Both the position numbers and the translations under genes were made by a program. From the NCBI GenBank assembly GCA_051362555.1, contig CM120644.1, positions 8,812,954 to 8,876,953 on the forward strand: a stretch of 64,000 bases of DNA, given 5' to 3'. Shown here piece by piece: positions 24,826 through 38,497 of this stretch. Numbering within the stretch: the first letter of the stretch is position 1; each line of letters starts with the position of its first letter. Under the pieces are notes generated by a model. That model had not been told where the DNA came from. It saw only the letters and a program-made list of their open reading frames with translations, and did no database searches. The stretch comes from Lingula anatina. Its lineage: Eukaryota > Animalia > Brachiopoda.

Positions 24826-27800
24826 TCCCGTTGTTGAATATGATCTTGTTGATATCAGTTCCTAGTGATTTGGAAATATTAAAATGGGACGTAGCCAATG
24901 GATCCACTTAGTGTTTGGTTGTGGGCAGATAAATGCATTCTAGCAGACATTTTTTACGATTGATTGTAAAATCATCATTCATGGTCTATGCTTTATCACA
25001 GCTGAAATAATTATATATACATGTAAAATTTTCTCTGTTTTGTTGGGTCAGTAGTCCTTTACAGTTTACTATTTGGGAGAGTCCAAGGCCAGAAGGGAGG
25101 GTAAATCTTTGGATTTGAAATGCGTCCAACATTTGGTCGAGTTCAGAAAAGAGTCCAACATTTGGCTGCTTTTTATTTAAAATCAGACCTTGGTCTTGGA
25201 TGTCAGTAAATTTTACATTAAAAAGTCCAGATTATCAGTTATTATTTTATTAAAAAGTATTCTTAGAAGCTTTGGCTTTGTAATTTTAGAAAAAAATATA
25301 TAATAGTATAATTGTGAAAATCATTCCTTGGTGAGTTGTCATTCTTTGCAGAAATGGTTTTTTATGGTCATTTTGAGATAAGTACTGTGCTACCTTTTCT
25401 GAAAGAAATTTTGTGTAAAATTTGCAACATATTTAAGGGAGTTCTGTACAACACCAAGTATTAACTTGTTTCTACAAAGGCTCTGTGATACAAGATATTA
25501 ACTTGAAAGTTAAGTCATTGTAGTGAACCAAAAAGTTATCATCATTTTGTTGAATATGATAATTTTTCACATGTTGAATAAATCATGCCAAATTTATCTG
25601 ATATTTAATTGCAATAATTGGAATGTAAAAGATTTGCATACACTGTTCATGGCATGTGTACATCTTTATTTGCCAGCTGATAGGAAAGTTGGGAGATTTG
25701 TGCTCACCAAGTATCATCATGTAAATTGATGCTTCATATGTGCAAATAAAATATCCAGGATTTTAAAATACATTTTTCTCTGTGAATAATTTTAAAAGAA
25801 TAAGTATATAAAGATCACCAGTTATCAGCAATTGATGGAATAAGCATATCATATCTTGTGCACTAAAATCTTCCAGCACAGCTAAACTTTACAAGTTTAC
25901 ACCTTACAAGTGATGGACTTTTAGATTATTGTGTTAGGTGTGACGATAGAATTGTACCATCTCAAAATTATGCAAAATTTTCCAGGATCTAACGTTGCTT
26001 TTGAAGCACTGATGTTGAATCCAAACACTTTGCACAGTTCAAAGATTAATTTCTAGCATTGTTCAAAAATTTCACTTTTATGGAAAAAATAAGGCAGAGG
26101 AACCAAGGGTGAGTGTTTGTTGAAGCCATCTTGGAAATATCCAAAACAATTAAAATTTCCATTTATGAAGGAAAACAGAAGTACAGCACAATATATACCA
26201 TATTTCCCTTTATTTACCATAATTACAAATGAATACATCATATTATTTACACTTTGCAAGACGTGTTTCCATTTTCTAAAATATAATATAAACGTGTACT
26301 AAAATAACCAGGTTAAGCTGGTTGTTTCGATGGTTTTGGCTTTAAATTTCTCTTCAATGATTAATAAATGCAAATGCATGACAGTTTCACCAAAGTGTTT
26401 CATACATATTTATCCAAATCAGGTTACAGTCACCCCGAGTTTCAGATTACTGAAAACTGGCCCATATTATGTGCCATTTTAATTAAATGTTATTTTCTAG
26501 TAAACTCTGAAACTCAGGGTGGGTAATATGAGGTAATATAAAATAGCACAATTTTTTTATTTAACAGACAAATTTCTCATCATCATAACTTGGTGATTTT
26601 ACCAAGATGTTGCTCTCATCTGATTTAATTATATCTCAGGGATACAAAACACAGAATACTGACAATCAATGTAAAGCTTCTTTTCTTCTTCAGTTTTCTT
26701 TTCAAAGGTCAAAAATATTCAAAAATCTGTCTATTAAAGAAAGTTTCTTAACATTTCCATCTTTCAGTTAATATAAAACCTAGTATCAAAACAGATTTCA
26801 GCACGGTTGGCTTGACGTTGTTCTCAACTGTGGTAAGTATTAGGCCATCATATGCCCCTAAATGGCACCAGTGCAGACACAATTCAATACTGTATCAGTT
26901 CTACTTCTTATCTTTATCATAAATATATATAATAGCATATTATTATTTACACATAATCACCAGTGCATACATCATTTATGTTGAATCACAGTATTTTTCA
27001 AATATATTTTGAGGGCATGTTTAAAATACAAATTATAATTATCATAATAATAATTTTGAGCCTGGCAAAAGACCCCAAAAAGTGTCAGTCTTCTCACTAT
27101 ACACATTTTTTCCCGGTGAGAAACCACAATTCTTCTGTTTTAAATGAAATCCTTGTGCTTACAGGAAACGACAGGGAAACAGATTTCCTGCTTACACACA
27201 ATGTCAAAACCATAACCAAATAGTTGAAAATAAATAATCAAGTATTCTACAATTTCATTACCAAAGTCATTTGCCTGTCTCCTTTTTCAACTGACAACAG
27301 TGATTGGGCTAAGAATCAGGAGAGAGTCAAAAAACGGGAAGGGGGGGGGGGAAGAGTCAGGAAGTCAAGAAGACCTCCAAACCCTCCCGTTCTCCAAAAC
27401 TTCCCTCATGAAAAATGGACCCTAATAAGTTATTATAATAAAGACTGCTCAAAATGGCAGTGAGGGGATTTCTAAATGGAACCCCTTCCATAAAATCCTG
27501 ACTCATCCCCTGAGAAATGCCATCTATGTTTTTTTTACTTGCCACATAATGATGCAATACCCAAAAAACAACAACATAGATAATTAACTTTGTGTCATAT
27601 ACACTGTGCACCAACACAAAAATCTATCTCATCATAATTTTCTAAATGAACTAATTTCTATGATGAATTGAAATGTGCATATGTTATACATAGTTAGACA
27701 TGATAATATTTACTGTATCCATTCCCTACTTAATTACAGACTCCTTTTTTTTCACCAAACAAAAATATCCCACTGAGCAATGTCATGATATACGTATCCT

Positions 27801-29519
27801 ATCAACAGTGAATCACCTACCAATACATGACTGGCACAAAAAAAAAAAAAAAATCCGAAGCTTAAATCATTATGTGCACACTGACCAAATAATTGCACAT
27901 TTACAAAGAAATAATAATATAACAATTCCATTTGCCATCATGACATGCACTATAAAATTGTGTGCTCAGTAATATAATCGTGTGCACTAAACCACATAAT
28001 ACTTATATTACAGCAAAAAAAGTAATTCTGAACCCTGCTTCCCATACATAACAAAAATTTGGACAGCAAATTCATTAATTTTATACCAAACCTATTCCAA
28101 TCTTTTTTTCTACAGACACACAAGGAAGTATTTTAAAAATTGTCATTAGAGGTAAGTCTACAAAGTAGATTCTAGAGGACTAGTTTCTGGTTTAAATTTA
28201 TGCTATAACCCAGGAATAACCTTGCAGTTACCAAGAACACATTGGGTGTGGCTTATTGAAGGCTCATTTCTCAGGTTAACACAAAAATCGACATCAAATT
28301 GCACTTTCTTCCTGGTGTCAGAATATATTTAACAAACTGCTATCAGAAAATTTTAATGAGAACTCACAAAACCAAATTAAAATGGCAAAATAATTTGAAA
28401 ACAAACAACATAATAATATCAAACAAATATTAAGTTTTCTTAAATAATGCTATTATATATGATACATCTGAGAGACTAGCATTCAGATCTGAAGTTGAAA
28501 TATCAGATTATAAATCTAGAGCTATCCTTTCCCAATCCTACCGATTCCACACTTACACTTCACACACATATCCAATCAACTCACCAAAAAAGAAAAAAAT
28601 AATAATAACACAAATAAAAGAAAACAGAAAAAACTACACAATCCAGCAATATTTAAGTGAAATCTCAAAACAAATTTTAAGGTGGTGTCCCCCTCCCCAC
28701 ATCCTATCCTTCAGATACACAAAACTATTTAAAAGATGAACAAAATAAGTTAATGCTGACAAATAAACATTATTAATTTATATATTTCTTTCACATACAG
28801 TATTGCTTAATGCGAAAAAAAACAAAAAAACCTCGAACTCAAGAAGTTAATATCATAAGATCTAATAAAAACAGGGTTAATTTTGGTTTAAATTTGTTAT
28901 ATTTATATTAATTTTTATTTTCCTATTACTGGATTATGAAAACAACATCATTTATCTTTTTGAAATATAAGGTGTTTAATAATGAGACAAAATAAAACAA
29001 ATTATTCCACTCTTATGTCTTACCTTCTTCTTCAAAATGTAGGCCCTGGACAAGGCCCTGGCAACTCACATGATACTATGAAGAACATGTCACAGTAAAA
29101 TGACAATGAATTTCATAATACACAAATTTGTTTTTGATTTGTTATAAATACAATGCATGTTTTGCATACATAATCTGCAATGTAGTTTTTGTGGAGTTTT
29201 TCTGCCACATGCACCAATCATGATTATAAACTATTACCAAATGCTTCAATTTTAAGGTCTGAAAAAAAAAAATAAATAAATACATAGAGAAATGTGAAGA
29301 CAACCAAGATTCAGTGCAAAAATTCTCATTTTAGCAATCAGAAGACCTAGTTTTACACCAAAAATCCATGGTTTGTTCCCTTTATTTTTAAAACCAAAAC
29401 AATGAATACTGTATAAACAGAAGAAAGAAAATTAATTCAATTTTGGTAAATTTTTCTGTAGTCCCCAAATATCAATTTCATTGCCATGTGCCAGTTGCCT
29501 TATGACAGAGCAACATTTA

Positions 29520-29745
29520 CACCCCATTTCCATAGATTTTTAGATTGATCTATCCCTGTGGGGAGTCTCACTAGATTACTGTCAGCTTGGCCGGCTTAAG
29601 CGTCTCTCCCGCCTTCTAAAAGCTGTAAGGGGGTAATTAACTATGGTGCCCGCTCGGCTGATTGCAATTTAGCGTGAACCCCCAGGAAGTTAGGTCGATC
29701 TAAAACTTAATCTTTAGATCGATCTAAATCTCTGGGAAAGCACCC
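29520..29745. mobile_element. MITE family A, orientation A (probably in the 3' UTR of the minus-strand VOPP1-like gene)
   Basis: Same internal sequence as 3685-3899; TTA/TTA flanks. Confidence 0.9.
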
Positions 29746-31059
29746 TTACACTCCAACACAGAACAAATGCATTTATTCTTACTTTTTCACATCATTCACT
29801 CAATGTCACTTTTACACTACCCACTCAAATGCTTCAAAATTGTTCCTACCCTCCTACCCCTGTATAACTATTCTTTTCACTCAGTACATAACAGGCAAGA
29901 CAAATTTTCAGATCTGCTAAATCTGAACAAAATCAAGATCATCTTTATAAATATTACTATACATATATGTGTGTATAAGTTATATTATCCTTTAAGCTTA
30001 TATAATCTATTAGCATTTATTTAATTGCTTACATATGAAGTATAAATAACCTGATTGAAAGCATGCAGCAGTTTCATAGTGTTCGTTTCTTCACCTGAAT
30101 CAACAACTCAAGTGTGGCAACCACTTCCCCCTTTTTCGTTTAATAAACCATTGTAATAGTTCGATGCCTGATAATTAGCCTGAACTGGAATATGCACTTG
30201 TAAAAAATCCCATTGCTTTAAAATGCACTGAACTCAAATCCCTTCTTTAACCAGTCCATTTTGTATCAAATCTTCAGAGTTTTGAATAAAATGTTACACC
30301 AAAAGGACAATGATGGGATAATTGTTGAAGAGATGATAAAAACTTTTTCTGAAACTTTGAGTTAATTTCACAAAGATTTCTGAATCAGCCACTGGCACCT
30401 TTTCTTGGTATCATACTACCTTGAAAATATTTCTTTGAAAATTTCTTGGTGACACCAATGTGGCTGGGTTTCTTCTAGCTACTACAGGACAAACTTGAGC
30501 CCCAGTCTGACCCCTTTAGATATTTTCCCATCATGCATCACCAAAGATGGTTGTCTTAATTAATTTTTCTTATAAATTCACATCAAGATCAGGCTGTGTC
30601 ATGAATATTTGTGTTTCATTAGGAATTGATCAGTAGAAAAAATCCTTTTCTATGCAATGTAAGAGATCTGCATGCATGGAAAAGAAATGTTTACCACTTT
30701 TCAATACTCCAATTAAGGTCATATCATGTATAACTAGGCTGCATTTCCATCTTGCAACTTCAAGATGGGCGTTACATAAAGAACAGGGGATCTTACTCCA
30801 AGACCTATTTAGATGGACAAAGGTGAAATATGCTTTTTTTCAAAAAAAGTCTTTCACTGGTTACATCATTAAATTTGTATTATTTGACCTGGAAGAGGGG
30901 TTTACTTGCAGCATTGCTAACATGTAAATCATACTTTCACTAAATTCCTCTTGTTACATTTCTTTAGAAACTGTAAATCCACAATTTAGTCTACACATGA
31001 GCAATACTTCTCCCCATGTCCCTTTTCGACATTCACCATTTCCAAGTGAACTAACACTA

Positions 31060-34000
31060 TCAATCTCCATGCTTCTCCCAAGAACTTTTGGAATTATCGT
31101 ACTGGTTGACCTGGGAATATGGCGGTGGTGGGTAGTTTGGCATGTTGGCCGCAAATTGTCCTGCACTGTCACCAGGATAATCACGGTAGAAATTTTCATC
31201 CTGAAAATGTAAGAAAAATCTGCCATCAGTCCTGAAATGTTAGAGTCATCACTTAATTGCAGAGTCTGCGAAAACTATTACTTGATTTAAACATATTTTT
31301 TTTTAATATAATGGACAATTCTATGTATTGCTGGCCATGGCACACATGATGTTAATTATGCCATTTTATAAATCTTTTCCAGTCAATGGATTATCCTCAA
31401 ATGCTCTGTTGATGCAGCATGAACCGTACCGTACCTTACCAACGCACAAACCAAACAATCTTAATTGAACTGATGCTGAAATATTCCTATAAAACAACTC
31501 CATGATTGAACTGCTATAAGTAAATGTTTGGCAACCACTCTACAAACCTTGCCATTGATTATCATGGGCAGCTGGTATAATCACAATCCAATCTTGTCCC
31601 ATTAACCATGCAATGTAGACTAATCTTGATTTTCAAATTCAGCATTATTTTAACGAAAACCAACTTTGGACCAACAGGAGGACGGTTAATTGCAATCTAC
31701 TTGTACAATCAAGTAGCTGCCCAAGAAAGGGAGAGGGGTGTGATGGGGGGAATTTGGAAGCCACATTGCACTAAATTCTAGCCTTATGCTACATATTTTT
31801 TAATTTGATCACAAAAAAAAATTAATTTGGTTGAACATTTTGACACTGGTAAAATGGCACAATTATTTTGTTAAATGGAATTTTTATTTTTAAATGAGAC
31901 ACAAAAATAGTTTGTCAATGTGACCCAGACACCGAACTTAAACAGTCAAGAGGCCCTCTTCTTAGAGTGAGAAGAAACACCGTTAATTATGACAGTTCAA
32001 TGTGTTCTCTACGTGCCACAAGAACATTGTACTTGAACCAGTCTTAGGCTTCGTTCACATGCAATATCTATTTTCTAAATTCTATTTTCTATTCGCGCTA
32101 TCTTATGATCACGGTCTGTGCCCTGAATATCCCGCCGCGTAATTCTGGCAGCGCGAGCCAGTTACTTATAGTAACTTATAGTAACTGGCTCGCGCTGCCA
32201 GTAATTACGCCGCGGGATATTCAGGGCACAGACCTGATCATAAGACATACCGCGAATAGAAATAGAATTTAGAAAATAGACATTGCATGTGAATGAAGCC
32301 TTAATGTAGGACACCCCAGGAGCTGACTAAATATACCTTGCATTGCTGTAAGAGTCTTATGGAAGAGTGGGGCATCTTTCTGTGCATGGGATCAGTTTAA
32401 TTGTCTGACATGCCTCCTCCAGCAGCTAGGGGTAATTAAGCAGAGTGCACACATTGTTAATTACCTCCTAGCTATTTCAGGAGGCGTGCCAGTCAGTTAA
32501 TTGATACCACTGACTGATCCCCCACAAAGTTGGACCAACCCAGCTGGTATGATGTCTGAATCTGAATGCGACTTAGACCCCATTCCCAGAGATTAGATCG
32601 ATCCAACTAGATCGACCTAACTCCCTGGGGGTTCACACTAAATAGCTGTCAGCCGAGCTGGCACAAAAGTAAATTACCCCCTTACAGCTTATAGTAGGCG
32701 GGATGGACATTTAAGCCGGATTATCTGACAGTAATCTAGTGAGACTCCCCACAGGGATAGATCGATCTAAAATCTATGGGAATACGCCCTAGGTCTAAGA
32801 TAAAAGTCCTTTTTTGTTCCAGGTTCCCCTAAGATATTCTTCTCTGGGGTTTCTTCAATCGGTGAAATAATTCTAGAAAGCATGCAGATGTAACACTTTT
32901 GAATTCGAAAGTTTGTACTTGAGTTAAACTTCCTGGTATTTGACAAAAATAGTCTTAATGCCTGCCAGAACCCGTGCTCTAGTTGACACCCTAGCCCACG
33001 CCAACATGTGCAAACACCAGTTGAGAAGTTTTGTGCTAACATTTTATACTATCGCATGTACAACAAACATTTGGCAATCAATTAGGAGCAAAATCAATAT
33101 CCCCTGCCTTCTAGGGTTGTAAATTACCAGTGATGCCACAATATAGAGATTATTAGAACAATTTGTTTTAACATTGCTCTTGCCTTACCATATTTTCTGT
33201 AGAAAAAAAATGGTGAAAAAAATTGGTGTGTTGACTTTGAATGGCTGAAGTTTAAACTGTGCCAAACGAAGCTATTTATTTCCCACTTAAATATTGCCGA
33301 AGAGAGCTCCATAAAGAAATACATGGGTAGTTCCACTTTGCTATAGGAACTAACAGTAAAATGCTAAACAGAGTCTAACATGTCCCTAAAGACACCACAA
33401 AACTTTTTGGAACACACTCACTCTTTATTGGCTGCAATATTCTGATTTAGTTAAAAAAAATTATAGTTCTTTGTCTCAAGGTAATCTTATCCAAAAGCAC
33501 AGTGTGTCCTAGTACAGTATTTAGTTAAGTCACCAAGAGGGATTTCAATTTATCATTTCAAATAAAGGAAGTCGTAAATCAAGTTTTTTTAGATGTCACT
33601 GATAAAACCATACAAACACTTAATTTATGTATGTCTGTTTCTCTCTCTCTCTCTCACACTCACCTACCACTAAACTTGTAACAGACACCTACTCTTAGCC
33701 TGTCATTAACAAAATTTCTAAAGACACATTTCCTCTTTTTCATTTTCTTTTGCATGCATCATTATTTCACATTTTGTTGTAAATGTGATCAACAATTTCC
33801 ATAATCATTTCTCAATACTCCAGGAAGCTTTCAATCCAGGAGGAAGTCCAAATAAAATATTGTCTGGACTTATCACAATCCAACTGACATTTTGAGGGTA
33901 ATTATACTTCCTGTTCATGCCCTCTGTCTGAACTTTTCCATTATGTTGCACACTCAATATTATAGCTTTAATAGGATGGGCAAACAGGGACATGGTATTC

Positions 34001-37000
34001 TCAGCTCACTACATTTCAGACAATGGTTAAACAGATGAAAATGTGGCCAAGGAAACTGTAAAATCTTTCCCCTTTTTTGCAAAGGCAAATGTTTTGCACA
34101 ACTAATCATAAAAATACCTTAAAAGTTCATTTTTTTTAAATTTTATATGTGTATAAATGAGACAAAAGTTACGTATGAATGTATGAGACAGATAGCTCTA
34201 CTTTGGCCAAGGAAATAATGAATCACGTAGAAGGTAGCACCGCATTTACTTTCACATCTGACATTTTTATGGGATGAATGCATATCCTGTTCATGTCTGC
34301 ACATTGCATTTTATAGCTTCACAGAGAGGAACTGATCAGAGGCAAGCAATCATGACATTACTTAGTACTATTAAAGCCAAATGCCAAACACATTCTTTTT
34401 TTTTGACTGAACATAATCCAAAACAAATTATTCAAAATTTGGATTTATGGGATCATTAGTTACAATTAGGCTTAAACCATCCAGCAACAGAGATTAACTA
34501 GACAAGCAGCAACTACCAATTCTACCTTCCAATTTGAAATAAGCTTCTTCCTCCCTTTAAAAAGTTCCTAATAACTTATATGTTCATAAATTGGGGTCAC
34601 CCTGTACCAATGACAGTCAGTATAACTCACCTGTGTTGGTCTGTGTACTGGATTCTCATGATTGTGTAATCTTGCGTATGGCGCAGAACTGGGCATTATG
34701 ATGACAGATCTTTGGCTGTAGAAACGATAGCGCCAGAAACTGACGCAGGCACCAAGAAGAACGAGGAATAAAATCAAGCCGCACCTAGAAATTTGTAAAA
34801 CAAATTTATTATGAAGAGTCCAAAGAAAATGACAAATCAAAGGAAAATTCAAGAACCAAAGTATAGAATGTGGCTGGTCTGTGGAGCTGATCCCTAAATT
34901 AATGTAAAATGCATCAAACTTCTGACAGCAAAATTTAAAAACTTTTCACTGCTAAAAGTAAATTGCTAGTAAGTCAAAAAAAAAAAACTAAATAATTGAA
35001 TTAATGAAAGAAAACAGTGTCACACTGTAGAATACATCTTTCTGATCATCACATTCACAATTTATCACTTTCAGTGAAAAAATCTTACCCCAAATACCAG
35101 TAATGCCACACTTGATAAGATGCACAGCATATGTTATCTCCGCAGCAATACTGGTGTAACTGGCATTTTCCACTATCACAGTAATATCCATACACAACCT
35201 AAAACAACAACAACAATTAAACAATGTTACTGAGCAGTTTCCATGGCATCTTCTGATGTTATTGTGCTTTCCATACACAACCTAAAATTACAACAACATG
35301 AAGTTACTGTGATACAATGTTATTGGGCAGTTCACTTAGACTGGGTTTCCACAGATTTAGATTGATCCATCTGAATCAACCTAGCTCTCTATGGGTTCAC
35401 ACTAAATAGCTGTCAGCCGAGTGCACACCAAAGTTAATTACCCCCTTACAGCTTTTAGTAGGTGGGATGAACATTTAAGCTAGCTAAGCTGATAGCAATC
35501 TAGTGAGACTCCCCATGGGGATAGATCGATCTAAAAATCTGTGGGAATGCAGTCTTACACATGGCAAATGATATTGTCACATACTGTACTATCCGTACTA
35601 GTACACAACCTAAATTAACAATTGAACATTTATTGTTATACAGTTTACATGGCATCTTCTGTTGTCACGTGATATCCATACCCAACCTGAAATGACAGCA
35701 GTAATATACAATTATTTACAGTATCAATCAGTCTCGATAGCAGACGTTAGTAACCACAGAGGTAGCAATATTCATACACAGCCTAACACAACACAAAGTT
35801 CACCGCAATACAATATATATTTTAAGCTCAAGAATTGGCAAAATATATCCTTTTTAAATACTTCCAATAGATCACTGTAGAGTACTGACTTTTAAAAATC
35901 TCGATTTACTGGTAGTTTAAATGCTAAATTAATTGGGCTTAAAAGGGCAACTCCATGAGACTTCACGTCAAAATGGATTTTCATTGGAAAATAAGCAATT
36001 TCCTCATACTCACAAAGCGTTTATCTATCCCTCATTGCACTTGGATTGACCCTTAATTAAATATATAAGGGTTGACTAAGTTAAAAATGACTGACCATGC
36101 AGTCACATATATAATCAGCAACCATCTTCCTATATGCTCCTATGTAAATATATCAACATCAAGTATGCTAAAAAAAAAAGATTAAAGGGTGGAAAGCATT
36201 TTTAAGGTGTCTGTAAAGTTTTATAAGAAGCTGTGGATGGCAAAAATGGGCATTTGGGGAATTTTCAAAACCACAGAAAGTACCTCTAGGAAGAACTTAA
36301 ACCCAGCACTGTATAATAGTAGGTGATCATCATTAATATTTCATCACGTCAAGATTTCTGTTTAGAAAGCCTAGTACAGATCTATACTAGTAGGCAAAAG
36401 AAAAAAGCTCCTCTTATAATAATAATGAGAAATCTCCTTACAGACTTACAAATTACCCCATTAAGACAGACATGAAACCATTGTCTCCTTCTCAAACTAA
36501 TTTTTTACAGTTGAGAACGGCCCTAAAGAAGGCAATTCTGTACATAACTCTGGTTGCTAGGCAACAATAATAGGTAAATGTATACCAGGTTCTGCTGTTT
36601 TATTACAAAGGCATTTTCTTTCTGCTTAAGATCTCCAGCTGGGAAGTTTAAGATAGCATTCAAGTTGTCAACAAACCACAGTTGTCTGGGCAACACTGAG
36701 GTATTATATAAAGACATAGCAACCAACTGCTTCGGCTACAATGATAAATAAAACGAGGAATACTTTAGGATCTGTACTTTAGGTCATTTGTTTAAAAACC
36801 ACAAGAAGAAAGACACTGACAGCCATACATTCTTGAGTCTCCTGTTCTCTAACATGTTTCATGTTTTTTTTTTTTTACTGAAAACACTTGATACTTAATT
36901 TAATAGCATGTAAGATGTAGAGAGAGAAAAATGTCCTGAATTCTGTCAACTACAAAAAAAAATAAATAAATAAATAAATAAAAATTCAGACTTGAACATA

Positions 37001-38126
37001 CTAGTAGAACTTCGTTTCTATGTACAACAGAACCCACATTTTTCACCTTACTTAATTCAAAATCTCATATCCCCCAAGGTTACTTTACTCACTCATCAAA
37101 ATAAGGTTTTTATAATTTAATAAAAATACATTGTGATTCAGGTAATCAATCAATATTTGAGCAAATTGTGTGAGCTGCAACCATGCATCAGGGTAAAAAA
37201 AAAAAAAATGCATGGATTAAAAAAAAAACACCAAGGACAACAACCTGAGGCAATTAGAACCATAGCAATTTAATCAAGCACTCAAGTGAAATAAAACCCA
37301 AACAGAACAATATTTTTCAATACAACCCATCTAATAACAATGAGTATGGTCACCTTGAACGGCAAATAGAAAGACTGATTAGCCGCCGCCAGTGTATCCT
37401 TTGGGTGTAATGATTAACTAAGGGCGTATTCCCATAGATTTTAGATCGATCTATCCCAGCAGGGAGTCTCACTAGATTACTGTCAGTTAATCTGGCTTAA
37501 ATATCCCTCCTGCCTACTACAAGCTGTAAGGGGGTAATAAACTTTCGTGCCCGCTCGGCTGACAGCTATTTAGCTTAAACCCCCAGGGAGTAAGGTCGAT
37601 CTAGTTTGGATCGATCCAATCTCTGGGAATGGGGTCTAGGTTAACACATGCAAGGCCATGTTGTCAGACACTGCATAGCCCGTGAAAGTGACTTGGTTGT
37701 TCACGTGTCAGAGGATTCTGATCTAATGTAGCACTCCTCTGCCCTGAGGTAACAAAATGATGTTTATCGTTTGTTTATTGTTTTAGACCAATATTTTAAT
37801 ATTGAAGGACAATGGATTTATCTTGAACCAATGTAGACCAAATAAGTTTGGAAGTCAGCCTTTTTCTCAAACTTATCCCAATAAATGAAACAAAAATTGT
37901 TCAAATGAAAATGTTTGCCCAAGAAAGAGACCAAACATCCCACTACACTATTACTTCTATGGAAGAACTTTTACTGACATATTTTTGGGTAAAATAAACA
38001 TTTCATGGAAACATTTATAGAATTATTCTAAAATATATAATTCTATATAAGTTTGGCAATCTTTTAAACATTATTATATTAACGTACCAATCACAGGTAT
38101 TATTAGATCACATATTTCTACAAAAA

Positions 38127-38183
<57 letters not shown>

Positions 38184-38466
38184 GAAAAGGTGCAAATTTA
38201 ATACCAAGCTGAATTGTTCATTGTTCATAAAACTAGGACACATCTCTGCATACAAGCAAGTTGTAACTGATGTATTCAGGCCAGAGAACGCCTGCACCTG
38301 TCTCACAAGGGGTGGCATTTGACACCATTAAGTCCTATAAAAGTATAGCCACATTTCTAGTCCAGCTGTGAAGGTTTAAGTTAGTTGGTACATGATAGAG
38401 ATATGGTCACCACTACAAACTTGTAGAGATCAGAAAATTTTGGTCAGTAATTTTTTTATATTATCT

Positions 38467-38497
<31 letters not shown>

